This document shows, piece by piece, positions 8,913 through 19,149 of a DNA stretch of 64,000 nucleotides. This stretch comes from Ignavibacteriales bacterium (GTDB lineage Bacteria > Bacteroidota > Ignavibacteria > UBA10030): contig JACPLA010000102.1 of assembly GCA_016186715.1 (NCBI GenBank), positions 15,631 through 79,630 of the forward strand, written 5' to 3'. The notes below the pieces were generated by a model. That model ran no database searches. It worked only from the letters and a program-made list of their open reading frames with translations, and was not told the DNA's origin. The position numbers and the translations under genes are program-made. Numbering within the stretch: the stretch's first letter is position 1; each line of letters starts with the position of its first letter.

Positions 8913-10003
8913 GGCCTTCCCTTTTTCGGCTTTCGTCGATACGCGATCATGATTTTCTTGATACGATCTTTTTCCTGCCGCTGTGCAGCCGGATCGTGCT
9001 TGCGATTCTGATAGGCGACTTCTTTGAGCAGTTTCTTGTAGCTGGCGAACCGCCCCGGGTCAAGGGTTCCAGCCTCAAGGGCTTCCTGTACCGCGCAACC
9101 CGGTTCAGCTCGATGAGTACAATCCCGGAATCTGCATTGCGCGGCAAGCTCTTCGATATCTCGAAATGTCTCACCAACACCAGAGGCCCCGCCCCAGAGT
9201 TGCAGCTCTCTCAAGCCGGGAGTATCGATCAGAAGACCACCAGAGGGAAGGAGAATGAGTTCCCGGTAACTGGTTGTATGCCGACCGCGACTGTCTTGTT
9301 CCCGTACCGGCTGTGTTTTTCTATCTTGAGACCCGAGGAGGTAATTGATTATTGTTGTCTTGCCGGCACCCGAGGAGCCCAACAAGGCCCCGGTCATTCC
9401 TCGCGGGAGGAACTCAAGAAGCCTCTCCAGATTCTTCCCCTTCAGGGCGCTGGTGAAGAGGATGGGTGCGGGCCCCGCTACGTCTTTCATGATCGTTCGT
9501 ATCTCCTGAACATCATGGCGCAGATCGGCTTTGTTCAGGACAATCACCGGTTCAGCCCCGCTCTCGGCGGAAACAACGAGGTATCGCTCGAGACGCCGGA
9601 GATTAAAGTCCCCGTCGAGCCCGCTGACGATGAAAACCCTGTCGACATTTGATGCAAGGACCTGTTCCTGATGATTTGCCCCGGCAATCTTGCGGGAGAA
9701 CTTTGTTTTCCGCGGAAGAAGGTCAACTATCGTCGCGGAACCTTCGCTTTGACGCGGCGCAATGACCACCCAATCCCCTACGACAGGAAGATCTGAAGGC
9801 CCGGAGGCAAAGTACTCCATTCTCCCCGTCACCTCGCTGCGAAGCTCCCCCAACTCGCTGTAGACCACGTACGAGTTCCGATGTTGAATGGCAACACGGG
9901 CCGGCTTCAGGGCGCGATTCCGAAAGGGGAGAAATGATTCCTCAAAGAAGGTGTCCCAGCCGAGTGAAGCGAGGGTCATTGCATGAATGGAACGATATTC
10001 CAT
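8909..10003 (-). CDS. rsgA: Ribosome small-subunit-dependent GTPase A
   Basis: A circularly permuted GTPase: P-loop GSSGAGKTTIINYLLG, LIDTPGLRE, and the C-terminal zinc knuckle CRFRDCTHRAEPGCAV. The start is moved to the ATG MEYRSIH. Confidence 0.85.
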   Translation of the reverse strand: MEYRSIHAMTLASLGWDTFFEESFLPFRNRALKPARVAIQHRNSYVVYSELGELRSEVTGRMEYFASGPSDLPVVGDWVVIAPRQSEGSATIVDLLPRKTKFSRKIAGANHQEQVLASNVDRVFIVSGLDGDFNLRRLERYLVVSAESGAEPVIVLNKADLRHDVQEIRTIMKDVAGPAPILFTSALKGKNLERLLEFLPRGMTGALLGSSGAGKTTIINYLLGSQDRKTQPVREQDSRGRHTTSYRELILLPSGGLLIDTPGLRELQLWGGASGVGETFRDIEELAAQCRFRDCTHRAEPGCAVQEALEAGTLDPGRFASYKKLLKEVAYQNRKHDPAAQRQEKDRIKKIMIAYRRKPKKGRP

Positions 10004-10022
10004 GATCTTCAAAATCGTTAGT

Positions 10023-10781
10023 TCAGGCTTTCTTGCCTCCCTGTTTGCCCGACTGAACAGCTGTTTCGCTGCGCAAATCCTCCGGCAGCAGAATAAAGCC
10101 CGTCTCAAGATTGCCGATCACTTCACTCCGCTTTCCCCGATGTTTCCAGTGCCATAGTCCGATCAACGCGCAGAATAACGAATCAACACGATCTTCCGTC
10201 GGCTTGTTCCAGGGTGCCTTGAGGAGTTTCGTCGTTTCCCGATCAAGCTTCAGCGCCGGAAACAGTTCACGAAGGGACTTCCGGATGCATCGCTGCAATC
10301 GCCTGAATTCCTTCCTCCGCGCTTCCACAGATCCCTTCTTGTACTTAATTATCCTCGGAAGTCGGAACATCCGGATCATGGCGGGATGCGGATACACTTC
10401 CGCCGCCGTTTTCATTCCTTTGTGAACTTCCCATCCAGGCTGAATGCCAAGCCGGGAAAGTCTTTCCAGGACTCTTGGCGGCCGCGGGCATTTTGTCAGA
10501 TTCGCCGGATGACAGGCGGCGTGCTCACGATGGAACAACCGATGTGTCAATCGATCTACCGGTCTCGTTCCGGTCACGTTCGGCAACACAAGAGGAGCAT
10601 CGATGGTGACAAGAACTTCTGCTGAAGCCGAAACACGGGGTGAAAGCTCCCGAAGGAGTTCATCGTCTCCGCGGGGATAGGCATACCCGGAGACGGCCGC
10701 ATCCCGATGCCCCGCCTCAAGAAAGCACACGCCGTCGGATTTCCGATCTCCCCAGGCAAGGTCAATTCCAATGATCAGCAT
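10023..10781 (-). CDS. DUF429-like protein (predicted RNase H-fold nuclease)
   Basis: The N-terminus MLIIGIDLAWGDRKSDGV is typical of DUF429. The ATG at 10781 was chosen; the longer ORF N-extension overlaps the upstream gene. Confidence 0.45.
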   Translation of the reverse strand: MLIIGIDLAWGDRKSDGVCFLEAGHRDAAVSGYAYPRGDDELLRELSPRVSASAEVLVTIDAPLVLPNVTGTRPVDRLTHRLFHREHAACHPANLTKCPRPPRVLERLSRLGIQPGWEVHKGMKTAAEVYPHPAMIRMFRLPRIIKYKKGSVEARRKEFRRLQRCIRKSLRELFPALKLDRETTKLLKAPWNKPTEDRVDSLFCALIGLWHWKHRGKRSEVIGNLETGFILLPEDLRSETAVQSGKQGGKKA

Positions 10782-11454
10782 GATGCCTCGCTCCTTCTGC
10801 AAGGTCTCGAATGCGATCCGATTCGTGAATATGCACTCCTGGATCGCTACCCAGAGCGGCGCAAACCATTCCCCCTGCGACCTTTGAAGTAAGGATGGGG
10901 CGATATTTGCCAAATCGCCCGATCATTGAAAAGGACGCGAATTTCAGTACGACGCTCCCGATCCGTTCCCCCATTCTCACTTTACCCCTCTCTCCCAGGA
11001 GAAGAGAAGGCCGAAAGAAATGAAGCGATCCTTCGAACGTTTTCTTGATCGCATCCTCAACCTCGCCCTTTGTCCGAAGATAAAAGTTGCCGCTCATGGC
11101 GTTTGCACCGAGAGAGGTGACAATCAGAAATCCCTGAACATGATCCCGCGCTGCAATCTGCGCAAGTGAATGCGGGTATTCGAAGTCAACGCGTCGAAAT
11201 GCTTGCTGTGTGCCTGCTTTGCGAATCGTCGTTCCAAGAGTGCAAAAGACGTCGGTCACGCCTTTAAAGTCTAGCGACTCTTCCAGCCGATCAAAATCAA
11301 TAATTTCCTGTCTGAGTTTTGGACTTTGAATTTGGATTTTCCTCCGGATGCCAATTCTGACGACATCATACTCGGGCCGCTCACAGAGGAGACGGGCGAG
11401 AAATGAGCCAATCAGGCCGCTGGCTCCAGCAACGAACGCTGTGCGAGGATTCAT
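10762..11454 (-). CDS. NAD(P)H-binding atypical SDR (NmrA/HTATIP2-like oxidoreductase)
   Basis: A Rossmann N-terminus FVAGASGLIGSFLARLL in a 230-aa single-domain protein. Confidence 0.65.
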   Translation of the reverse strand: MNPRTAFVAGASGLIGSFLARLLCERPEYDVVRIGIRRKIQIQSPKLRQEIIDFDRLEESLDFKGVTDVFCTLGTTIRKAGTQQAFRRVDFEYPHSLAQIAARDHVQGFLIVTSLGANAMSGNFYLRTKGEVEDAIKKTFEGSLHFFRPSLLLGERGKVRMGERIGSVVLKFASFSMIGRFGKYRPILTSKVAGGMVCAALGSDPGVHIHESDRIRDLAEGARHHADHWN

Positions 11455-11480
11455 GTATTAGCACCTCTTGAAGGAGATCA

Positions 11481-12389
11481 TCATGGTCCATTCACGCCTT
11501 CTTTAGCCTCCAATTCTTCGATCGTTCTCGGCCAGTCGTCTTTCAACAGCCGCGAGAATGCCCTGTCTGCCAGAAGCTTCCCATTTGTCTGACAACGCGG
11601 GCAGTAGTTGCACTCGTTCTGCGCGTAGACGATTCTTTGGATGCGCGTCGAACAAACAGGACACGCTTTTCCGAAACGCCCGTGGACTGCCATCCCATCC
11701 CGAAACGCCGTCACCTTTTCTGGAAAGCCTGTCCCTGTTTCATACTTCAATCGTTCAATCCACCGAGTGAGCGTTTCTTTTATCGCAACAAAGAGACGCT
11801 GGATCTCTTCGTCGCCAAGCTGAGACGTCTGCTTAAGGGGAGAGAGCTTTGCCGAATGAAGGATTTCATCTGAATAAGCGTTTCCGATTCCGCTGAAAAG
11901 GTAGGGATCGGTCAATGACCTTTTCAACGTATGATTCTCTTTCGTCAACCGCGTGAAAAAAGAGGCATAGGTGGCTTCCAAAACTTCAAGCCCACCGGGA
12001 TTAAACTGTTGAAGAGCCGCTTTGGTTTCCACAAGGTGAAGAGACGCGCGTTTCTTCGTTCCGGCCTCGGTGACAATGAGTGTTCCTGTAGAGAAATCGA
12101 ATGCGGCATGCCCCACTTTTCCCGGGACCTTTGCACCCTTGGTTTTCCAGCGAAGCCGGCCGGCAATCATCAGATGGAGGACGATGAAGAAATCAGGTTC
12201 AAGAGCGATCACGATTCTCTTTCCAATCCGCTCAACTCCCAGAACCAATCTTCCCTCAAGTTTTTCAGGAGAAGGGCTCACGGATCGGAGCAAAAAGGGG
12301 TTCGCAAATCGGATTTTTTCAAGCGTCGATCCGGTAATGCGGCGGCGGAGCGCTTCCTGGTAGACGGTAATATCAGGGAGCTCCGGCAT
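11481..12389 (-). CDS. mutM: Fpg/Nei family DNA glycosylase/AP lyase (formamidopyrimidine-DNA glycosylase-like)
   Basis: The catalytic N-terminus is [10 protein letters not shown] (Pro2) and there is a C-terminal zinc finger [25 protein letters not shown]. The start is moved to the ATG giving MPELPD. Confidence 0.8.
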   Translation of the reverse strand: MPELPDITVYQEALRRRITGSTLEKIRFANPFLLRSVSPSPEKLEGRLVLGVERIGKRIVIALEPDFFIVLHLMIAGRLRWKTKGAKVPGKVGHAAFDFSTGTLIVTEAGTKKRASLHLVETKAALQQFNPGGLEVLEATYASFFTRLTKENHTLKRSLTDPYLFSGIGNAYSDEILHSAKLSPLKQTSQLGDEEIQRLFVAIKETLTRWIERLKYETGTGFPEKVTAFRDGMAVHGRFGKACPVCSTRIQRIVYAQNECNYCPRCQTNGKLLADRAFSRLLKDDWPRTIEELEAKEGVNGP

Positions 12390-13830
12390 GATCCCGCTTA
12401 ATGTAATCGTTGAAAACAACTTTTCCTATTTCGCATTCCCGACATCGCTCTTCCCGGCAGAAATACAGATACAATTGGAGTACTCCCTGCTGCAAGCGCA
12501 TTGAACTGAGTTCCAGGCGTTGCTTCAATAGTTGGTGCTCCATCAACCGGAGGATGGCATTCGTGCTCAAAGGCGGGAACCATTCATACAAATACCGTGC
12601 GCCTTCCCGAACATCTTTCCGCTTGTAAAGTCTTGCATACAGAAAGCAGATCGGAATCACCGTGTTGGCGATGATATCGCTGGCTCTGGAAAGTCCAAGA
12701 ACTCTTTTGCCTTCGATCGTGACGCAAAAGAGCTTCTGAAGAAGCTTCAGGATTTCTCCGTTTGTGCGACCGGAGGCAATCGATTTCACAATCGATCCAA
12801 AGAGATCGTAGAGGATGATTCGTTGAATCATCGCCGCAGCGGCCAATATTCTTGTTGCCGGAAGGTTTGCCGGTCGCGCGGGGAAAAACTGCCAATCGGC
12901 TTTCCCGAGAACATCGCCTTGGAAGGAAGGGCGCAGTTCTTCCCACCGCTTTCTCAGGATTTCGCCCAAATGTGTCTCCGATGGAACCAATCCTGCAACG
13001 CCGTAAAGCACAGCACGGAGATCCGTTTCGTTTCTCTCAATTCTCATGGCGCGAACGCGTCCGAGTGTTACGCTCATGGCGAGTCTCAGGAACGGCTTCC
13101 TGTTCCTGCTATATCCGAAGCCGTCCATGATACCTTCGTACAAGAGTTGATCCCACACGCTCCGATTCGATATCTCACTGGAAGAGAGTTCCCGATAGGG
13201 CGGGGGAATTTCATCAGCGGATCCTTCCTGTTCTATGACGCCAAACTGCCCACGCGGTTCACTCACCTGAAGTTCTTCACGCGCAAGCTCTCGGAGACGC
13301 TCTTCCAGCACACGGACTTTTGTTTCCAACCTTTGCCTTGCAAGCGTCATGATCCAGTGCTCCATGACTCCGGGATCAATCGACTCATTATACAGTGAAC
13401 ACGGAATCCGACGATCCGTTTGAACCTCGTGGACTATTCTCTCGAAGAGCTTCTTGGAAGATTCAGGAAGGAAGGATCCAAAAACAACCGTTGGGACACG
13501 GCGTCCGCTTTGCGAGACCGTCGGCCAACGGTCGGTCTCTCCGTGCAAAACGACATGGAGAATGACACTGTTGTATTTTGGATCCCGGTGGTGCGCGTGA
13601 TGAATCCAATCGGCTGCTTTTCTGTGAATCTCAATCTCGCCATAGTATCTCGTTCCACCGATTGATATTCTCGCATGTCGAAAATCCGGACCACCGTCAT
13701 CGTTCATCTCGCCGGGAAAATGAACAACGACTGATTTCCCGTCTGTTGTTTTCAGCGGAGCAGAGAGGTACTGGCGCTGCCAGATGTGTTGGAGCACTCG
13801 CTCAGGTATGTGGTTCCCCCGTATGGACAT
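12373..13830 (-). CDS. DUF2851 family protein
   Basis: The segment [12 protein letters not shown]…[26 protein letters not shown]…[10 protein letters not shown] matches my recollection of the DUF2851 core, which is common in Bacteroidota. The start is at the internal ATG MSIRGNH. Confidence 0.5.
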   Translation of the reverse strand: MSIRGNHIPERVLQHIWQRQYLSAPLKTTDGKSVVVHFPGEMNDDGGPDFRHARISIGGTRYYGEIEIHRKAADWIHHAHHRDPKYNSVILHVVLHGETDRWPTVSQSGRRVPTVVFGSFLPESSKKLFERIVHEVQTDRRIPCSLYNESIDPGVMEHWIMTLARQRLETKVRVLEERLRELAREELQVSEPRGQFGVIEQEGSADEIPPPYRELSSSEISNRSVWDQLLYEGIMDGFGYSRNRKPFLRLAMSVTLGRVRAMRIERNETDLRAVLYGVAGLVPSETHLGEILRKRWEELRPSFQGDVLGKADWQFFPARPANLPATRILAAAAMIQRIILYDLFGSIVKSIASGRTNGEILKLLQKLFCVTIEGKRVLGLSRASDIIANTVIPICFLYARLYKRKDVREGARYLYEWFPPLSTNAILRLMEHQLLKQRLELSSMRLQQGVLQLYLYFCREERCRECEIGKVVFNDYIKRDHAGAP

Positions 13831-13931
13831 TGCTGCGGAAAGAAGGGTGATCCCCCTTGAACAAAGGTGCGATGAAGCTGACTCAGAAAGGTAAGAAAAA
13901 GGCCGAACGGTGGCAAGTGCACGTAGCGGAG

Positions 13932-13963
13932 AGCCCAACCATAATTACTCGAGCGGTTGGGCT
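13932..13963 (-). terminator. Stem-loop (9-bp stem AGCCCAACC/GGTTGGGCT, 14-nt loop) just downstream of the toxin gene; candidate terminator or islet boundary
   Basis: A perfect inverted repeat read directly from the sequence. It lies about 20 nt after the toxin stop codon and about 100 nt upstream of the DUF2851 start. Confidence 0.4.
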
Positions 13964-13981
13964 TTCCGATTCAGAGAATGA

Positions 13982-14329
13982 TCATATGCCCAGAGAAATA
14001 AGAATTGCCTTGTTCACCTGAGCCATTCTCGTTCCACCCAATTGCCCAAATCTCCTTCCAAGTCTGCCGGCCTTATCAACGGTTCTAATCTGGCCGCAAT
14101 CAACGTAGCTATCCTCCATCAGTCCACCCTCCCCTGCCTTAACAAAAACCATGACAGGTATCGGTTTTGTTATCTCCTTCATGGATGAGATTGGGGCAAT
14201 TATTGTCACAGGACTAAATCTGTTGCCCGTATCGTTTTGGATAATAAGAGCCGGCCTTTCTTTCTGCAGTTCGGCTCCTTTCGTTGGGTTCAAATCTACC
14301 ATGTAGATCTCCCCCCGTTGGACAGTCAT
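13982..14329 (-). CDS. MazF/PemK-family type II toxin (mRNA interferase)
   Basis: MTVQRGEIYMVDLNPTKGAELQKERPALIIQND…VTIIAPISS is the canonical PemK/MazF N-terminus. Local GC is low. The start is moved to the ATG MTVQRG. Confidence 0.8.
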   Translation of the reverse strand: MTVQRGEIYMVDLNPTKGAELQKERPALIIQNDTGNRFSPVTIIAPISSMKEITKPIPVMVFVKAGEGGLMEDSYVDCGQIRTVDKAGRLGRRFGQLGGTRMAQVNKAILISLGI

Positions 14330-14348
14330 TTGTCCTCCTCGCGTTGAT

Positions 14349-14615
14349 TTATTGCGAGTCGGCAAACTTCCACTCCTCACTCATCTTGGAATAGTACTCC
14401 GAGTTTGCTAAGTAGCCTTCCTCGAGTTCTTTCTCAATCTGCCTTTTTTCCAACCAGTCTATGTAAAAAGCGATTGCGCAACGAAAGAACTCACTTGTCG
14501 TTGAGTTATTGCTCTTTGCCATGTGAGTTGCCTTCCTAATAAGAGCCCTTGGGATAAGGAAGTTCACCCTCTCGTTTTTTGTGGTTGTTGTTAAGGTGTT
14601 CATAAGTTTCTCCAA
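14349..14615 (-). CDS. Cognate antitoxin (ribbon-helix-helix/MazE-like)
   Basis: An 88-aa acidic protein immediately upstream (19 bp) of the toxin. The segment ERVNFLIPRALIRKATHMAKSNNSTTSEFFRCAIAFYID resembles an RHH fold. Confidence 0.55.
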   Translation of the reverse strand: MEKLMNTLTTTTKNERVNFLIPRALIRKATHMAKSNNSTTSEFFRCAIAFYIDWLEKRQIEKELEEGYLANSEYYSKMSEEWKFADSQ

Positions 14616-14681
14616 CTAATGCAATTGAACAAGCTGCTGGCTGAACTAATGCACAAACATGGGCATGAATTAACCCATTTA

Positions 14682-14703
14682 TTTACATAAAAATATATGT
14701 AAA
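14682..14703. promoter_or_regulatory. Palindrome TTTACATA-N6-TATGTAAA in the AT-rich leader of the antitoxin-toxin operon; candidate autoregulatory operator
   Basis: A perfect 8-bp inverted repeat seen in the sequence about 70-90 bp upstream of the antitoxin start on the coding (-) strand. Confidence 0.4.
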
Positions 14704-14819
14704 AAATATGCTCAATGTACGTTCGTTGCAGGAAAAAATCAAGCCTGTAAATGTTGAAGAAACCGCAGTGAACGGTGGGCTTGAGAATTACAAATCAGAG
14801 AATTATCTGACGATCGGTA

Positions 14820-15641
14820 CTAGCGAATATGCCTTGCCTGGATCGTCCGAATCTCATCGCGAAGCTTTATTGCTTTCTCCCTCGCGGCACCGGCAAAATC
14901 GATCTCCTTCGAAGCAAAGATGATACTACGGCTGGCGTTGATCACAACCCCAAACCCCGACGCGGTACACCCATAGCGGACAGCGGCATTCAAATCGCCC
15001 CCCTGCCGGCCGACACCGGGAATCAAAAGCGGCATTGCAGGCACAAGAGCGCGGACGGATTTGATTTCCCTCGGATGAGTTGCACCGACAACCAGTCCGA
15101 CATTCTTTCGCTTGTTCCATTTCCTGGCTGCAATGGCGATTTTCTCGAAAAGCCGCCGCGAGGAAACCCGGAGGCGTTGAAAGTCCTGCGAGCCGGGATT
15201 TGACGTCAGCGCGAGCACGAAGGCCCCCCGCTCTTCATCCCGTAAGAACGGTTCAACCGAATCATATCCCATATAAGGATTCACCGTCGCTGCATCAAAA
15301 CCCAGGTCTCTGAAAATCACCCGGGCATATCTCTCGGAGGTGTTCCCGATATCTCCCCGCTTTCCATCGCCGATCGTTACAATATCTTTTGGAATAAGCC
15401 CGAGCGTTTTCCGCAAAACCCCCCAACCCGTCTCGCCAAGAGCCTCATAGAAGGCAAGATTGATTTTGTATGCACACACGAGATCCTGTGTCGCTCCGAT
15501 AATCTGCCGGTTAAATTCAATCACTCCCTCGGCATCGGGCGGTAAGGCGGCGGGGAGGAGCGAGGCATCCACATCCAGTCCGACACACAAAACTGAATTT
15601 TGACGTGATTGCGTTTCTGTGAGTCGCTCGGTGAAATTCAT
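14820..15641 (-). CDS. pyrF: Orotidine-5'-phosphate decarboxylase, type 2
   Basis: NSVLCVGLDVD…AYKINLAFYEALG…TIGDGKRGDIGNT are type-2 PyrF motifs, in a 273-aa protein. Confidence 0.85.
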   Translation of the reverse strand: MNFTERLTETQSRQNSVLCVGLDVDASLLPAALPPDAEGVIEFNRQIIGATQDLVCAYKINLAFYEALGETGWGVLRKTLGLIPKDIVTIGDGKRGDIGNTSERYARVIFRDLGFDAATVNPYMGYDSVEPFLRDEERGAFVLALTSNPGSQDFQRLRVSSRRLFEKIAIAARKWNKRKNVGLVVGATHPREIKSVRALVPAMPLLIPGVGRQGGDLNAAVRYGCTASGFGVVINASRSIIFASKEIDFAGAAREKAIKLRDEIRTIQARHIR

Positions 15642-15699
15642 TTGGCGAGAAATTCAATAAACTCACGGAACAACCGGCTCCCCAGGGGACAACGGCAGA

Positions 15700-16239
15700 C
15701 TACCTCTTGAAATTCTTCCACATCATGGATTCAACGGGCTTAATACCGCGTTTGTTGTATTTTGCTCCCTTCTTCAGCGAATACGGGACTTCCACTTCGC
15801 CGGAAATCTCAAAATAAATCAGCTGACCGATCGGCATCCCGGCATAAATCCGGACAGGCTGCCGGACAGAAATCTCCAGCGTCCACGTATTGCAGAACCC
15901 CACGTCTCCTTTTCCAGCCGTGGCATGAATGTCGATCCCCAACCGCCCGATACTGCTTTTCCCCTCCAGGAACGGTACATGCCGGTGCGTTTCTGTGTAT
16001 TCCTTGGTGACACCGAGATACAACTTGCTGGGAACCAGGATCAGTCCTTCCAGCGGGATTCGGAAATAGTGGATTCTGTTGTGCTTGCAGCTGTCAAGAA
16101 TCTCTTCATTGTACATCGCCAGCCACTCGCCCAGGTGGACATCATAGCTGTTGGAACCCAGGTATTTCCGTTTGTACGGCCTGATGACAATCGTTCCCCT
16201 TTTCATCTCCCGCAGAATTTGTTTGTCGGAAAGAATCAT
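15700..16239 (-). CDS. dcd: dCTP deaminase
   Basis: MILSDKQILREM… matches the Dcd family over a 179-aa length. Confidence 0.8.
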   Translation of the reverse strand: MILSDKQILREMKRGTIVIRPYKRKYLGSNSYDVHLGEWLAMYNEEILDSCKHNRIHYFRIPLEGLILVPSKLYLGVTKEYTETHRHVPFLEGKSSIGRLGIDIHATAGKGDVGFCNTWTLEISVRQPVRIYAGMPIGQLIYFEISGEVEVPYSLKKGAKYNKRGIKPVESMMWKNFKR

Positions 16240-16297
16240 GACGCTCCAAAATCAAAAGAGGCGTGGCAATGTACGAAGAATTTCCACCAAAGCAACG

Positions 16298-18244
16298 CTA
16301 AAGAGTGAAGGCTACGTAACCGATGACGGAGGTGTCAAACGAAATCCCGATCGGCATCACTTTCACCGTGCGATTGAAGACATTCTGAATTTCCATTTTC
16401 GCTATCACGTTCCGACCGAACCAGATTTTGCCCAAACGCTGCTCAAGCAGAAGATCCACCGCCCAGTATTCCGAAACAACTCCGTCAATACCGCTTCCCG
16501 ACATTTCATCATCCTGCGGCAAAACAACAAATTCTTTCCACCGTGTCCTACTTACACCGCGGATCACAAAGGACAACAGTGTCCCTTGTACAATCAACAA
16601 CTCGTTCGTCATGTGAAAGGAATGAACAGGAACGGTCTGAATCGTTTTGCTCTCGACATATTGATAGCTCATGTTTGCGGACCATTCATCCGTGAAGGGC
16701 ATACGACTCCGAATTTCAAGCCCCCAGAGATTGCCCTTGGACGCATTGATGTATCGCCCCGAATACACAACATCGCCCGGCCAGGCGGTGCGGATTGCAT
16801 TGAAGATGGATCTTTCGATTGAACGCTCAATGCCGATGATAAATCCCTCCGCGGAAACGTCGAGGGTCGATGATCGAATGCCGTACTGCACCGCGAGGCT
16901 GTGTACCCGCGCAGGAACAAGTCCCGGATTCCCCTGAATCCGAAAAGTGTCTTGTCGCCCAATCGACGCACGGTCTCTTACGGTCACGAACGATCCTTGT
17001 CGTTCAAGAAGGTTCGGGAAGGTGGCAACAGAGCTGAGTGACGCGGCAGCCTCGTGATCGTTTGCCATCCGGATCATGAAGCCGGCATGGCCCGAGAACT
17101 CCTCCCGGCCCCCGAAACCCCGATCGTACCGCGTTGTCGCGGTGATCTCAAACGCATCCGACGGATGAAATCCGAACCCAACGCTTGCAGCGTAGTTCAA
17201 CTCGTCATGGTCGCCAAGAAAGAATTGGGCTTTAGGCTGCCCTGAGCCCACAATGGCTGCACGGGTGAGTTCTGCCGTTGCTGTGACACTCGCACCACTC
17301 CACAGATTCGTCGACCAGACTGTATAGATTGAAGAAACGATCATCGAATATTCTCCCTCTTCGGTTCCGAGCTGCTCTTTCATGGAAAGGTACACTCCGT
17401 CCCGTCGCGCGTGAATGAAGAATCCTGCAGGGAGGTTTTTCGCCGAAACCCGCAGCGTATGGAGGTACCCGCTGAAGAAACCAAGGATGGGGAGAAAAGG
17501 CATCTGTTCCCACCCCACGAGACCGTTGATCCCTCCGTAGAAGGAGAGGGTCGCTCCGGATTCCAAGGCGTAGTCCAGTTCTGCGGCGCCAAGGTAGTTG
17601 CGATTCTGCCTGCCGAGCATCTGTCGGCCTTTGTAAGCTATCAAGACATCATCGCGCCCGACATAGCCCGCTGTGAAATAGCCGAACACTCCTCCCGTGA
17701 CCCGGTAAGCCAGCTCCCCTGACCTTTGAGAAATAGAGGTCGCAGCAGAATAGCCGATCTTGTTCTTGTTGTACAGCCTCAGGTTATCTTTTGTGTAGGT
17801 TTGGAGAATTGGATCCCCCGTTTCAGCACCGCCGAAGGCGCGTGCGACAACCAGAAAGGAATCGGGAATCGATGACCGGCGGACATCAATTCCTCCGCCC
17901 GGTAGAGAAAATCCTTCAACAAGCGATGGCCTGGCAATCGTTTCCACCTGCTCAGTCGTAATCAGATCGACTGGAACAAAATCAGGCGTGATGCGGTTGA
18001 GCGGAAACCCTCCAAAGGGAACGCCGTCTATCAGTATCGAACTTTGGGGGGAAGCCCAGGAACCAATGCCCCGGAACAAGATCAACGGCATGTATCTCGA
18101 AGCTGTCAGCCGTTGCGCCGTTGAATGAGCGAGAACATGATCGGAAACGCGTTCCCCGAGAAGGGAAACACCTGGCCGATTTTGAGCGAGCCCGCAGGTC
18201 ACCAAAGCGAAGAGGACTGAAACGATGAGGACGGTGCGGACCAT
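16298..18244 (-). CDS. TonB-dependent receptor-like outer-membrane protein
   Basis: It has a signal peptide (MVRTVLIVSVLFALVTCGLAQ), a plug-like segment (ILIDGVPFGG) and a long beta-rich body ending in an aromatic residue. Confidence 0.6.
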   Translation of the reverse strand: MVRTVLIVSVLFALVTCGLAQNRPGVSLLGERVSDHVLAHSTAQRLTASRYMPLILFRGIGSWASPQSSILIDGVPFGGFPLNRITPDFVPVDLITTEQVETIARPSLVEGFSLPGGGIDVRRSSIPDSFLVVARAFGGAETGDPILQTYTKDNLRLYNKNKIGYSAATSISQRSGELAYRVTGGVFGYFTAGYVGRDDVLIAYKGRQMLGRQNRNYLGAAELDYALESGATLSFYGGINGLVGWEQMPFLPILGFFSGYLHTLRVSAKNLPAGFFIHARRDGVYLSMKEQLGTEEGEYSMIVSSIYTVWSTNLWSGASVTATAELTRAAIVGSGQPKAQFFLGDHDELNYAASVGFGFHPSDAFEITATTRYDRGFGGREEFSGHAGFMIRMANDHEAAASLSSVATFPNLLERQGSFVTVRDRASIGRQDTFRIQGNPGLVPARVHSLAVQYGIRSSTLDVSAEGFIIGIERSIERSIFNAIRTAWPGDVVYSGRYINASKGNLWGLEIRSRMPFTDEWSANMSYQYVESKTIQTVPVHSFHMTNELLIVQGTLLSFVIRGVSRTRWKEFVVLPQDDEMSGSGIDGVVSEYWAVDLLLEQRLGKIWFGRNVIAKMEIQNVFNRTVKVMPIGISFDTSVIGYVAFTL

Positions 18245-18247
18245 CGA

Positions 18248-18796
18248 TTATTGAAGAGGAATGAAGACACCCAGGGAGGTAACGGCAACCGGATCGAGGC
18301 CAGCAAAAATATGCTGGTACGATATGAAGAAGCCGATTCCCGGGGACCGGATTTGAACGGAGCCCTGAAATCCAAACTCTGATTCAACGGCATTGTCTAT
18401 ATCGTCCGGCGCCGCCAGCCCCAAAAAGACAAACGTATTGTTTGCGAGCGAGAGATCGGCGGAAAACAGCAAGTCAGGAAAAATTCTTGCTTGCGACTGC
18501 AGACCGAGGCCCAGCGTTATCAGAAGGATATGCGGAATTTTTCCTTTTCGCACACTCTCAGCCCTTTGGAACCAGGAAAACCGCCCGTTGCCGATCAGAA
18601 ACAGCGTTGGTGAAAGCGGCGTTTCCGCGCGGACGCCGAGACCAGGACCTGAATTCCAGAATTCACCAAACTCCCTGTGAGGAATGAGCCACTCACCGCT
18701 GGCACTGAATGTTGTGCGCGACAGATCGAGGGATTGCGGAAAAATCTCTGAAATCGACAGAACGGACAGGCAGAGAAGGACTGGAACGGTTCTCAC
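18248..18796 (-). CDS. Small outer-membrane beta-barrel-like hypothetical protein (GTG start)
   Basis: The signal-like sequence VRTVPVLLCLSVLSISEIF sits at a GTG three nt after the upstream stop, and the C-terminal half has alternating beta-strands. The long ORF N-extension is discarded because it overlaps the DUF1634-like gene. Confidence 0.35.
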   Translation of the reverse strand: MRTVPVLLCLSVLSISEIFPQSLDLSRTTFSASGEWLIPHREFGEFWNSGPGLGVRAETPLSPTLFLIGNGRFSWFQRAESVRKGKIPHILLITLGLGLQSQARIFPDLLFSADLSLANNTFVFLGLAAPDDIDNAVESEFGFQGSVQIRSPGIGFFISYQHIFAGLDPVAVTSLGVFIPLQ

Positions 18797-18798
18797 GG

Positions 18799-19149
18799 TT
18801 AGGTCAGCGCGATCACCAGTTCGACGATGAGCATTCCCGACACGAAGAGCGAAATCGTGAAGAACGACCATTCTCTTTCCCGAAAAAACATCACCAGAGT
18901 CATGACGACACGAACAAGGGGGGTGAGCACCAGCACGATCAAGCCCGCATACAACAATTTGAATCCGGGGGAAAGGCTGTCGCCCGATCCGAAAACACGA
19001 GGAAAGAAATCCTTGAGGCTTACACTTGAAGCCTCTGACACTCCCTCGGCTGCAAAGAAAATCAATCCGGCGCTCAACAAGACAACGCTGAGCCAAACCC
19101 CAACACGGAGAACCCGCCCGATGAGCTGTTCTTGTGCTGTTGCAGTCAT
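18799..19149 (-). CDS. DUF1634-like small membrane protein (frequent TauE/SafE partner)
   Basis: A 116-aa protein with 3-4 TM helices whose start overlaps the TauE stop by 4 nt (ATGA). The family assignment is from memory of common TauE-DUF1634 pairs. Confidence 0.45.
   Translation of the reverse strand: MTATAQEQLIGRVLRVGVWLSVVLLSAGLIFFAAEGVSEASSVSLKDFFPRVFGSGDSLSPGFKLLYAGLIVLVLTPLVRVVMTLVMFFREREWSFFTISLFVSGMLIVELVIALT

Noticed and set aside
12532-13398. 288-aa + strand ORF
   Set aside because: It is antisense to the DUF2851 gene.
18797-19096. N-terminal 100 codons of the 282-aa ORF 18248..19096
   Set aside because: This part overlaps the well-formed DUF1634-like membrane gene (18799..19149) in another frame and is Cys/Arg-rich. 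A GTG at 18796 gives a signal-peptide start instead.
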